This document shows, in pieces, positions 9,697 to 18,494 of a stretch of DNA of 64,000 bases (positions are counted from its first letter, which is position 1; each line of letters begins with the position of its first letter). The notes under the pieces were generated by a model. The model searched no databases and was not told the DNA's origin. It saw only the letters and a program-made list of their open reading frames with translations. The stretch covers positions 20,254 to 84,253 of the forward strand of contig JBHLOG010000002.1 in assembly GCA_048940765.1 (NCBI GenBank). The letters run 5' to 3'. A program made the translations under genes and the position numbers. This DNA comes from Promethearchaeota archaeon. Its GTDB lineage: Archaea; Asgardarchaeota; Lokiarchaeia; Sigyniarchaeales; SOKP01.

Positions 9697-10563
9697 TTAT
9701 GTAAATAAAAATCCTGATAAGAAAGCACCCCACCAACAAATTAACGTGATATATCCCGTAACTTTAGCTGGTTTACGCTCTGCAGCAATTCCAAACAACA
9801 TACTTAATAATCCTGTAAGTAAACCTAGACCTCCTAAAATTATATGAGTCCAATGAAAATCTAAAGAAAATGAAACCCAGATAGCAGGATTCTTCCATAT
9901 TAAAGTTAAAACATTTACAAGTGTTAATATCCAAGAAGATCCTGCTAAAATTCCATGAGTTTTAACAAATTTACTTTCATTTATTAATACTAATATTGTC
10001 CCGAGAGTTAGGAAAAGTAACGCTGGTAAGCCAAGAAACATTCCAAAATGATCAAAAATGTTAAAAGGAGCACGTGGAACTATAACACCTCCAACATTAA
10101 CATTAATCCTTTGGTAAGCAAAATTTATTTGACCACTTGCGTCATTCCCTGCAATTATGAAAATTAAGTTATAACTTTCCTCTGCTGGGGCTGTAATATT
10201 AAATTCTACAGTGATTGAATTACTTGATGGATCGAGATCATAAATAGAAGTTTCATTAATTCTTTCAGTAGTTGGTAATATTTCGAAAATATCATAAGAA
10301 GGCTCAAAATTTTGTTCTACCAGTCTTCCTGGAATTACTTGAATGAATACATTTGTACCAGTAGCAGTAACATTAAAAACTAGACTTGTTGAGGGATCTG
10401 TTAGAACATCTCCGGTAATTGTAGACTCAATTGTATATCCTGCTGAATCATGACATAAATCATGAGACATTCCATAGCCAGGTCTACCTGTTGCGTACAT
10501 AATTACCAACATCGGCAAAATAGATATAATTATTAAAAAAACTATAAGGGTTCTCTTATTCAT
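9697..10563 (-). CDS. Membrane protein: signal anchor, HxxCH motif, beta-rich exodomain, C-terminal 4-TM His-bearing domain
   Basis: An N-terminal TM is followed by GYGMSHDLCHDSAG (10450-10464 encodes HDLCH). Many NxT/S sequons. Four C-terminal helices have His at the helix ends (FDHF, KTHG, DFHWTH). It is a paralogue of ORF 16471-17148 in the N-terminal part. Confidence 0.7.
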   Translation of the reverse strand: MNKRTLIVFLIIISILPMLVIMYATGRPGYGMSHDLCHDSAGYTIESTITGDVLTDPSTSLVFNVTATGTNVFIQVIPGRLVEQNFEPSYDIFEILPTTERINETSIYDLDPSSNSITVEFNITAPAEESYNLIFIIAGNDASGQINFAYQRINVNVGGVIVPRAPFNIFDHFGMFLGLPALLFLTLGTILVLINESKFVKTHGILAGSSWILTLVNVLTLIWKNPAIWVSFSLDFHWTHIILGGLGLLTGLLSMLFGIAAERKPAKVTGYITLICWWGAFLSGFLFT

Positions 10564-10861
10564 TGTTCTTATTCGATTTTATTTTAAATACAGTTGCTTA
10601 TTTCTATATTTATAAAATATTATAAATTTTCTTCATATATTTTAAAAATAAGATTTTCTTTAAAATATTAAAGCAAAATTTACACCAATTTTCCAAAAAT
10701 AATTAATTGTTTATTATTGTTATAATTAAATTCCTAAATTTCAAATTAATAAACCTTAAACAAGACTGAAAGCCTTATAAACATTAATTGTTTTTATCAA
10801 TCTTCTCAATTTAATTTTGTTTAGATTGTGATTAGTTAAAAGGAGTTCGATTTCATATATC

Positions 10862-10876
10862 GTTTCAAATTGAAAC
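10862..10876. promoter_or_regulatory. Perfect 7-1-7 palindrome GTTTCAA-A-TTGAAAC (candidate operator)
   Basis: Read directly. It lies in the intergenic region upstream of the 9697-10563 gene. Related sites occur at 17197, 18610, 18884 and 19737. Confidence 0.3.
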
Positions 10877-11051
10877 TATTTAATATAATTAAGTTAGAAA
10901 TTGAAATTTTAGGTAATAGAACGGTTTAAAGTAGCCAGTTTTGACAAATCTTCTATATAATATGAGACTTAGAGACTTAAGGTCGATTGATGAAACCTTA
11001 TCCTTTTACTTTTAATAAAATTACAATTTATTTAACAAAATGGGTTTTTAA

Positions 11052-11647
11052 ATGAGGTCAAATAGAAAAATTAAATCTTTATTAATTACATTAATAATAT
11101 TATCATCTATTATGGGATTCGCTTTCGCAAGAACCTCATCCCAAATGCTAGAGACTTAAAAATTTATAAGATTTTTGCATTTGATCCTGTTGGTAATATA
11201 AATTCCTTTCAAGACAATATTACAGTTATAGACACAAACAGTCTAACTTTTTTTAATTTAACGAAATCTGATGAATCTATTATAATAGGGCAATCTATAG
11301 ATATTCAAGTGGAAATTACAGAATTCTCTGATATCAGTAATGTTTTCATAGAATTGGAGAGTACAAACCATTCGATGGTTCATACTATCGGATATACGTA
11401 GGAACATAAAAATTGGATTCTAAAAATTACAGGCGAATTATCCTTTACAATACACGCAAAGGATAACAATAATGTTTGGAATTTAATAGCGGGGACAATT
11501 TTAGTTACAGAGTAATCACCAGATTTAACCAGAATACCGATGTTTAAAATGACTGAAATTTTAGTAATAACTGGATTGATTGGATTAATAACTGCTGGAA
11601 TATTATTGATAATAACAACAACAAAAATCAAAGGATTTTTTGCTTAA
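11052..11647 (+). pseudogene. Decayed gene for a signal-peptide / C-terminally anchored surface protein
   Basis: ATG 11052 gives MRSNRKIKSLLITLIILSSIMGFAFA...ET then TAA. The reading continues in another frame (IYKIFAFDPVGNINSF...) through in-frame TAG (11399) and TAA (11513) to a TM anchor (ILVITGLIGLITAGILLII) and stop at 11647. Confidence 0.55.
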
Positions 11648-11740
11648 TTAATTTTTTCTTATTTTTACTTAATTTAATTTATTGAATCTTTAAATTATCA
11701 AAAAAAATTTTATTTAAAATTTTGAATTTTTTTATTTTAT

Positions 11741-13459
11741 GTGGTTATTATGAAGTTTGAGGAAATAACGCGAAAAAAAATATTTATTATTTATTTAGGA
11801 ATGATTTTTGGATTTTTTGTAGCTCTACCATTAATATTTAACTTAATTGAATACAATTTTAGAGTTCTCCTTATATCAACAATGGGTAATTACATAATCT
11901 TCATTCTTATCATAATTTTGATAGTTGATGCTTTTTATTTGATTTTTAAACGTCAAAATCATTATTTTTTTTCATTTATTAACATGTGGTTAACAATACT
12001 CTTATTTTCACTAATGATATATAGTTTCCTAAATAATATCTATGAAATAGTATATGTTATGAATTACAGCAATTCTACACTTCCACTAATATATAAAATA
12101 GTTGCAATCTGGGCGGGAGAAGAAGGGTCGATTATGACATGGATGGTATTTAATTCTATCATAATAAATTTCTATCGAAATAAGAATCAAAACAAAGATG
12201 ATGTTGTATTTATACGTTCTGTTATTATTTCATTATTTATATCTATAATATTTTTAATTATCTTATTTTCATTAAATCTATTTGAAGTTGATTCACCCCC
12301 CGTTTTTCCTAATGGTCAAGGATTAAACCCATTATTAATATCTCCATTTATGATATGGCACCCGTTCTTTACATTTATTGCTTACGCCATTTTCTTAGTC
12401 CCCTTTACTATTGTAATTGCAGAAACAATTACTCGTAAAAGGAAATTGTTGGGGGAATACCAATTGAATTTTTATAATTTTTCTTTAAAATTTGGATGGC
12501 TAGTTCTCACTTCAGGCATTGGTTTAGGCGCATATTGGGCTAAAATTGCATTAACTCCTTGGGGTAGATATTGGGGTTGGGATCCTGTTGAAACAGTTTC
12601 ACTTATTCCATGGTTTTTAATAACAGCTTTCTTTCACACTATTATCTTCAAAAAGAAAAATCCAATATTAATAAAAATAAATGTGAGTTTGATTTTTGCA
12701 TCAATAGTGTTTTCAACATTGATTACAAGAGGCGGGGGGTTAAATTCTCTTCATGCGTTTACTGGAGGTGCTGAGTTAATTACATGGGTAATAATTTTAG
12801 GTCTTATTTTGGTCTTTCTTTCCCTTTATGTAATCTATATTGTATTAGATTATTCAATGGGAGAGTATCGAAATAAAAAGCTTTTTTTTGATTACTTGAG
12901 TTATTTACTTTTATTTGCTTTAGCTTTGGTGTGTATTTTTGGTCTTTTAATTCCACCATTTACCTTTTTCCTTTCAAATTTTCTCCCAATAAATATTATT
13001 TTAATCGATATAGATTATTTTATCATAACAACCTTAATTTTATCTACAGGTTTAGCTATATCACTTACATTTTGTTCATTATGGGAATATTTCGAGATTA
13101 AGTGGATAGGATTAGTTATACTTATAGGATTTTCAATTCAATCAGTGCTTTCGTTTATACTTGTAATTACCTCTAACATATGGATAAATCCTGTTTTATT
13201 TATTTATTTAATATCATTATTTTCTTCCCTATTCAAATTGGTAAAAAATTTCAATATGAAAAAGGGAGTAAAATACTTTTTCAGGTTGAATTCAAAAACA
13301 ATAATTCATGCAGGGATTTCCTTAATCCTTGCTGGATTTTTAATGAGTTCGAATTATCAAGACTTTTTTTTCATTCCAGGATTCGTACTGCTATTAATAG
13401 GAATAATTCCTTCAATTATTATCACTTTTTTTCCAATGAAAAAAGTAATTGAGGCGTAA
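11741..13459 (+). CDS. ccmF: Cytochrome c maturation protein CcmF (heme lyase component)
   Basis: AIWAGEEGSIMTW, LNPLLISPFMIWHP, the Trp-rich motif WGRYWGWDPVETVSLIPW, and conserved His in AFFHT and NSLHAF. Polytopic membrane protein. Confidence 0.85.
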   Translation: MVIMKFEEITRKKIFIIYLGMIFGFFVALPLIFNLIEYNFRVLLISTMGNYIIFILIIILIVDAFYLIFKRQNHYFFSFINMWLTILLFSLMIYSFLNNIYEIVYVMNYSNSTLPLIYKIVAIWAGEEGSIMTWMVFNSIIINFYRNKNQNKDDVVFIRSVIISLFISIIFLIILFSLNLFEVDSPPVFPNGQGLNPLLISPFMIWHPFFTFIAYAIFLVPFTIVIAETITRKRKLLGEYQLNFYNFSLKFGWLVLTSGIGLGAYWAKIALTPWGRYWGWDPVETVSLIPWFLITAFFHTIIFKKKNPILIKINVSLIFASIVFSTLITRGGGLNSLHAFTGGAELITWVIILGLILVFLSLYVIYIVLDYSMGEYRNKKLFFDYLSYLLLFALALVCIFGLLIPPFTFFLSNFLPINIILIDIDYFIITTLILSTGLAISLTFCSLWEYFEIKWIGLVILIGFSIQSVLSFILVITSNIWINPVLFIYLISLFSSLFKLVKNFNMKKGVKYFFRLNSKTIIHAGISLILAGFLMSSNYQDFFFIPGFVLLLIGIIPSIIITFFPMKKVIEA

Positions 13460-13610
13460 AAATCTATTCAATATCTTATTTTTTAATTTTATTCCATTTT
13501 AAGAATTTATAATTTTTTAACTTAATAAATATATTAAAGCAAAGTTTTGAATAATTAAACACTTATTAATAGTCAATATATAAATAGTTTAAGCTCTCAC
13601 AATTGAGATC

Positions 13611-14324
13611 ATGTTCACATCAAATAACACAATAATAACTTGTAATAATGTCTCAAAACAATTTGGATATTTTTTTGCGTTAAGAAAAATTTCTTTTAAA
13701 ATTAGAGAAAATACGGTTTTTGGAATTGCGGGGGCAAATGGAGCAGGTAAAACAACATTAATTAAGATTTTATCGGGATTGCTCAAACCAACTTTTGGTG
13801 AAATTATACTCAATGGAATGAATTATGAGGATAATTCTGACATTATAAAACAAAATATTGGAATTAATACTGATGAATCTTTTCTATTTCAAGAATTAAC
13901 TATTTTTGAAAATTTAAAATATTATGCTAATTTGCATTTGAATTTCGAGAAAAAGAATCTTGAGACTAAAATTAAGCATTATTGCAATAAATTCAATTTA
14001 ACAGATTGGATCAACGAACCTGTTAGAATTTTATCTCATGGAATGAAACAAAAAGTAGAATTAATTAGAGTCTTAATACATGATCCATCAATTCTATTCT
14101 TGGACGAGCCATTTTCGGGTTTAGATTACAATGCAACCCAAATGTTAATTAATTTTTTTAGAGAAATAAAAAATGATAAAAATATATCGATAATTCTTAC
14201 AACGCATAAAATTGATGTATTCCAGCAACTTTGTGATGAATTAATCATTTTAAAGAAAGGAAGAATCAGTAAAGCCTTTTCACGTGATGAATTAAATAAG
14301 TATGAAATTAAGTCATATTTTTAG
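13611..14324 (+). CDS. ccmA: ABC transporter ATP-binding protein, CcmA-like heme exporter subunit
   Basis: Walker A GANGAGKTT, signature LSHGMKQK, Walker B ILFLDEPFSGLD. Located between ccmF and ccmB. Confidence 0.8.
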   Translation: MFTSNNTIITCNNVSKQFGYFFALRKISFKIRENTVFGIAGANGAGKTTLIKILSGLLKPTFGEIILNGMNYEDNSDIIKQNIGINTDESFLFQELTIFENLKYYANLHLNFEKKNLETKIKHYCNKFNLTDWINEPVRILSHGMKQKVELIRVLIHDPSILFLDEPFSGLDYNATQMLINFFREIKNDKNISIILTTHKIDVFQQLCDELIILKKGRISKAFSRDELNKYEIKSYF

Positions 14325-14333
14325 GGGGTATAT

Positions 14334-15062
14334 TTGTTGAAAAATGAGAAAATAAAATTCAAATCAAAATTAAGATTACTGAAAGTAATATTATCTAAAG
14401 ATATTAAATCAGAACTCCGACAAATTAATGATTTATTTTCAATTTTTCTTTTTGATATAATCTCAATCTTCATATTTTCGTCAGTTTATAATTTCGGAAC
14501 TCAATATCAGAATATGCCGATGGAAATTTTTGTTATTGAAAACTGGCTTATAATTTTTTTTACACTCATTTATATTATGACTAAACTCTTCGTAAAGGAG
14601 AAAGATACTGGAACTTTAGGAGGGCTTATTTCTTCCCCCGCATCAGCAAACTTAATTCTTATTAGTAAAACCATTTTTTGCTTTATCTTATTGAGTTTCG
14701 TTGAAATCATTTTATTTCTTTTCAGTTTTTTTATATCAGTACCATCGATTAGCAATTTTAATGCAAATCAGTTATTGATTTATTTAAGTCTTGGAGTATT
14801 ATTACCAACATTAGATTTATCTATATGCGGGAGCTTTGTTTCTGCTTTTTCGATGTATGTTAAAAATAAATCCTTTATTTTACCAATTTTGTTATTTCCT
14901 TTAATTCTACCAATTATTACTCCTATCATATCGATAAATATAAAAATTTTAGAAGGAGAATTAATATCAAATCTATATTACGAAATACTATTTTTTAGTG
15001 CGCATATAATTCTCATGAGCTCAATTATAGCATTAACTTCGGAAGCTCTTTTGTATGATTAA
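14334..15062 (+). CDS. ccmB: CcmB-like heme exporter permease
   Basis: A ~6-TM, 242-aa protein 9 nt after ccmA. Assigned by size and synteny. Confidence 0.6.
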   Translation: MLKNEKIKFKSKLRLLKVILSKDIKSELRQINDLFSIFLFDIISIFIFSSVYNFGTQYQNMPMEIFVIENWLIIFFTLIYIMTKLFVKEKDTGTLGGLISSPASANLILISKTIFCFILLSFVEIILFLFSFFISVPSISNFNANQLLIYLSLGVLLPTLDLSICGSFVSAFSMYVKNKSFILPILLFPLILPIITPIISINIKILEGELISNLYYEILFFSAHIILMSSIIALTSEALLYD

Positions 15063-15069
15063 ATAAGAT

Positions 15070-15417
15070 CTAACTACATTGTGTAAGAATCTGGTTTGCA
15101 TTTAAAACCAGAGATGAACTAAATACTCCTTTTACAACAACTTGAATTCCATTTTCCATATCAGTTGAAGGAGTTAAACCATTTATATCTATATAAATAC
15201 TATGTCCACTTTCAGTTAAATTAAAATCACTACCAGCAAATCCTTGTACAATACCTATAACTTGAATCTCTTTATTTTCATATTTGGAAGGATTCAAGGC
15301 AACTTGAGAAACTGTGAGATAAGGACGTGCAGTTGATGTAAGCAATGTAATTATAACAATAATTGAGATAATAATTCCTGCGATTGCAATAATTTTTGTT
15401 TTTTTCAAATTCATCAT
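15070..15417 (-). CDS. ccmE: CcmE-like heme chaperone, Cys-type, ending ...LTQCS
   Basis: An N-terminal TM anchor plus an OB-fold-sized domain (IQVIGIVQG...GIQVVVKGVF...LNANQILTQCS). Cys (15076-15078) occupies the position of the heme-binding His of bacterial CcmE. Confidence 0.7.
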   Translation of the reverse strand: MMNLKKTKIIAIAGIIISIIVIITLLTSTARPYLTVSQVALNPSKYENKEIQVIGIVQGFAGSDFNLTESGHSIYIDINGLTPSTDMENGIQVVVKGVFSSSLVLNANQILTQCS

Positions 15418-15421
15418 CTAC

Positions 15422-15574
15422 TTACTTCAAATTTTTCTCCAAATTTTTCATTCTTTTCAATGTTTTTCTTATTCTAAGTTTGGGATATAAAATTAGAATT
15501 ATAATAACTGCCCAAAATAAAATATAACTAATTGTTATTGTTATTAAATCTTGATCAAAATATTGTAATGACAT
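15422..15574 (-). CDS. ccmD: CcmD-like small membrane protein (50 aa), not in the ORF track
   Basis: MSLQYFDQDLITITISYILFWAVIIILILYPKLRIRKTLKRMKNLEKNLK has a single TM plus a basic tail. It starts 5 nt after the ccmC stop and ends 4 nt before the ccmE start, matching the canonical ccmC-D-E order. Confidence 0.5.
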   Translation of the reverse strand: MSLQYFDQDLITITISYILFWAVIIILILYPKLRIRKTLKRMKNLEKNLK

Positions 15575-15579
15575 TTAAA

Positions 15580-16311
15580 TTACTCCTCTATCAACCTTTT
15601 TTGTATAATTTTATCTAGTTTTTCTTTTGCTTTATCTAATTCTCCTAATCTTTGAATAACATAAAAAAATAATATGGTTATTCCAATTAAATTAAATAAC
15701 AACATGACTATTTTCACTGGATCCCAATAAATATTACCAGGCTCTCCAGGAGTTGGATTAATTAGGGGATGCAAGCTTGTAAATATAATTGCCGAGAAAT
15801 AACTTAAGGGAATTGTAGGAAATAAGGCAATACCTAAAATTGAAGATAATTTTGCTCTTTTTTCTTTATCTTCAACCATACTCCTAAAAATTAAATATGC
15901 TAAATAACAAAGAAGTAATATTAAAGTCATAGTCTGTCTACCATCACTCCATTGCCAATAAATATTGTTATAATCTCCAGAAGTAGAATTGTACCATAAA
16001 GATCCAGTAATTAATGTAAATGCAGTAAAAAATACTCCAACTATTATGCTATTGGTGCCCAACCGATTCCATTTTAATTCTCGTTTATTCAGATAGAGAA
16101 TATGAAATAGGAAACTAAGACCGTATGATAAATATGCAAGCCATGCTCCCGAAACATGGTAAAAAAAAATTATATATACTATTCGATTGGGACTTCCCCA
16201 TACAATAAGGTTAAAGGAAGTCAATATTAAAATTAGAAATAAATTAATCACCAAGATTGTCAATGAAATAATTAATAGGAAGTTAGTCCTGAATAATTTT
16301 GGAATATTCAT
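15580..16311 (-). CDS. ccmC: Cytochrome c maturation protein CcmC
   Basis: 243 aa, 6 TM. Conserved His in FFYHVSGAW and TSLHP. The Trp-rich motif is IYWQWSDGRQT. Confidence 0.8.
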   Translation of the reverse strand: MNIPKLFRTNFLLIISLTILVINLFLILILTSFNLIVWGSPNRIVYIIFFYHVSGAWLAYLSYGLSFLFHILYLNKRELKWNRLGTNSIIVGVFFTAFTLITGSLWYNSTSGDYNNIYWQWSDGRQTMTLILLLCYLAYLIFRSMVEDKEKRAKLSSILGIALFPTIPLSYFSAIIFTSLHPLINPTPGEPGNIYWDPVKIVMLLFNLIGITILFFYVIQRLGELDKAKEKLDKIIQKRLIEE

Positions 16312-16470
16312 GATAATATAATAAAATTATAATTCTGATACATTTTAATAAAAATACGAAATTTTCTGTTTATAAGGAGTATTCCTATTTTTCACATTTA
16401 AGACATTTTTTTTAACTTTTAAAATTTAAGATTATAAAAAAAAAATAAAATTAAATTTAGTATTTTGGAT

Positions 16471-17148
16471 TTACAATTCTTTTTTCCTCATTCGCTTTCT
16501 TACTGTTAATATTAAAACAGTTGTTACCGCTACACTGCTACCAATAATGATTGTTAAAATGCCTCCCGAAATAGTATCTGTGCCTGTACCAGTAGTGCCT
16601 GTAACAGTAATCTCGATTAAACTTTCAACATAAGTAATATTATAATAAGATCCATCCGTCTGATTCATTCCTGCTATTGCCACCGCATAAAGATCATATG
16701 TTCCAGCTTTGCTAGGAGCAATAAGGGCAAATTTATTATCATCGTCAGAAGGATCATAAGATCCATAACTATCTACCTGTTCTCGTCTATTTAATGTTTG
16801 GTTAGCAAGAGATGATGTAAATAACCCGTTATCACCTTGATATCCTGGTACGCCTAAAGTGAATCTACCAGCATAAGGAGCTAAATTAGCCTCTGTAAAG
16901 TTAAGGATATCTACTTCCAAGGTAAAATGCTGTAAGGGAGATAAATCTCCAGTCACATTAATAGATAGTACCAAAGTTCCATTTACACTAGCTTTAGTAT
17001 TAGCTGAATTATGACACATACCATGAGTTCCACCTTCTCCATCGTTAATCCATCTATATAGATATTCTTGATATCCCACAGCTGCACCTATAATTCCTAT
17101 AAGTAAGGCTGAAAAAATCAATAGTGAAAGAATTTTAGTTTTTCTCAA
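16471..17148 (-). CDS. Exported, C-terminally anchored protein with an HxxCH motif (candidate non-canonical heme protein)
   Basis: A signal/anchor helix is followed by EGGTHGMCHNSAN (17011-17025 encodes HGMCH). Then comes a beta-rich glycosylatable domain, a TGTGT linker, a TM and a basic tail. It lies upstream of ccmC on the same strand. Confidence 0.7.
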   Translation of the reverse strand: MRKTKILSLLIFSALLIGIIGAAVGYQEYLYRWINDGEGGTHGMCHNSANTKASVNGTLVLSINVTGDLSPLQHFTLEVDILNFTEANLAPYAGRFTLGVPGYQGDNGLFTSSLANQTLNRREQVDSYGSYDPSDDDNKFALIAPSKAGTYDLYAVAIAGMNQTDGSYYNITYVESLIEITVTGTTGTGTDTISGGILTIIIGSSVAVTTVLILTVRKRMRKKEL

Positions 17149-17196
17149 AATATAAACCTTTTATTTTTAGATTATTAATTTTTATTTAAATAAATG

Positions 17197-17210
17197 TTTC
17201 AATTTTAAAA
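17197..17210. promoter_or_regulatory. TTTCAA-TT-TTAAAA, a one-mismatch copy of the TTTCAA/TTGAAA inverted repeat
   Basis: Located 49 nt upstream of the 16471-17148 start codon. Half-sites GTTTCAA (17274-17280) and TTGAAAC (17312-17318) lie nearby. Confidence 0.2.
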
Positions 17211-17467
17211 AAAGGTGACTTGGTTTTTAAGTATTACCTTATCTGGTTAATTTAAACAATGTATTCATGAATTGTTTCAATTTCCCATAATTTTCCAATT
17301 ATTGTCATAATTTGAAACTAAAATTGCAAAATTATTTAATCGAAATTAATAAAATAAGAAGATATAAGATTTGAAAAATTAATTATTTTGGAGTATTAAA
17401 CTATTTTTTTGTGAATTAGAGTATATGTAAGCATAAAGAAATAATAATTCCATTGATAAATTAAGAG

Positions 17468-17713
17468 TTAAATAAGTATTTCATAAAATCTTATTCTTTT
17501 ATCTCTTTTATCACCATATTTTCGAATAAAATTTAGATCATATAACTTTCTTAAAGAATAAACGACTGTCCTCTTCGGTAGAAGTGATCTTCTCATAATG
17601 TTTTCTTGAGTTAATGGTCCATTTCTTTTCAGTAGATATAAAATAAATTTACAAGAGGGAGGTAATGAGATTAATCTTTGTTCTGTTAAAGAATCTTTTA
17701 TTATATTCATCAT
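17468..17713 (-). CDS. Small winged-helix transcriptional regulator (MarR/TrmB-like)
   Basis: FILYLLKRNGPLTQENIMRRSLLPKRTVVYSLRKLYDLNFIRK is an HTH-wing pattern. 81 aa. Confidence 0.55.
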   Translation of the reverse strand: MMNIIKDSLTEQRLISLPPSCKFILYLLKRNGPLTQENIMRRSLLPKRTVVYSLRKLYDLNFIRKYGDKRDKRIRFYEILI

Positions 17714-17930
17714 TAATCCATTCTTCTATTATCATTTAATACCTTTAAAATTCGAAAAATTAAACCTTTATGTTTATTAAATTGAAGACATCGTTTTAAC
17801 TTTTATGAAATGTGAGGATTTTAAACATTAATTCAACTTTCAGTTTCAAGATATAACATTATCCTGAATAAAGTTTCAGAACACAGTTTATTATAATATA
17901 ATTTATATAAGATCAATGTTTTGGTCTATA

Positions 17931-18494
17931 TTAGAAATTACCACATCCATTACATTTCCCATCAAGAAATGCGGCACATGCTTTACATATATTTTCACAT
18001 TTATGTTCTTTGCTTTCACCACTAAAAAGCTTAATTGGAAGAAATTTTGGTACTAATACTTCAGATGCAAATATCGTTGCAGAATGTAGTATTCCTTCTT
18101 TGTTGGTTGGACCACAATAATTGATATATCTACGTAAAACGTCAATATCTTGGCCTATTACTCCAAAGATCAAGTTGTATTGCCCAGCCACATGAGCTAA
18201 TAAAAAAACTCTGGGACATTCCGCATAAGCATCAATAATTTTTTGTACTTCATTATAGCTTCTCATTTCAATTAAAATAAAAGCAATATAATAATTTAAG
18301 CTCTTAGGACTTATATTTCCTTGAACCTTTAGAACTCCTGAGTCCTCTAATTTTGTAATTCTCTTTGCAATACCTGCATGGCTCATTGTTTCTTGATTTG
18401 ACTTTAATACAATTTTACTTAAAGAACTTAAACTTTCACGACCATTTTCAAATAAAGATTTAAGAATCTGCTTGTCAATTCGATCCAAAGTCAT
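17931..18494 (-). CDS. Lrp/AsnC-family regulator with a C-terminal 5-Cys motif
   Basis: N-terminal HTH (LDRIDKQILKSLFENGRESLSSLSK...GIAKRITKLEDSGVL), a RAM-like middle part, and the C-terminus KCENICKACAAFLDGKCNGCGNF. Confidence 0.75.
   Translation of the reverse strand: MTLDRIDKQILKSLFENGRESLSSLSKIVLKSNQETMSHAGIAKRITKLEDSGVLKVQGNISPKSLNYYIAFILIEMRSYNEVQKIIDAYAECPRVFLLAHVAGQYNLIFGVIGQDIDVLRRYINYCGPTNKEGILHSATIFASEVLVPKFLPIKLFSGESKEHKCENICKACAAFLDGKCNGCGNF

Noticed and set aside
11399-11401. In-frame TAG of the decayed surface-protein gene as pyrrolysine
   Set aside because: The same gene also has a frameshift and an in-frame TAA. No pyl genes are visible, so decay is the simpler explanation.
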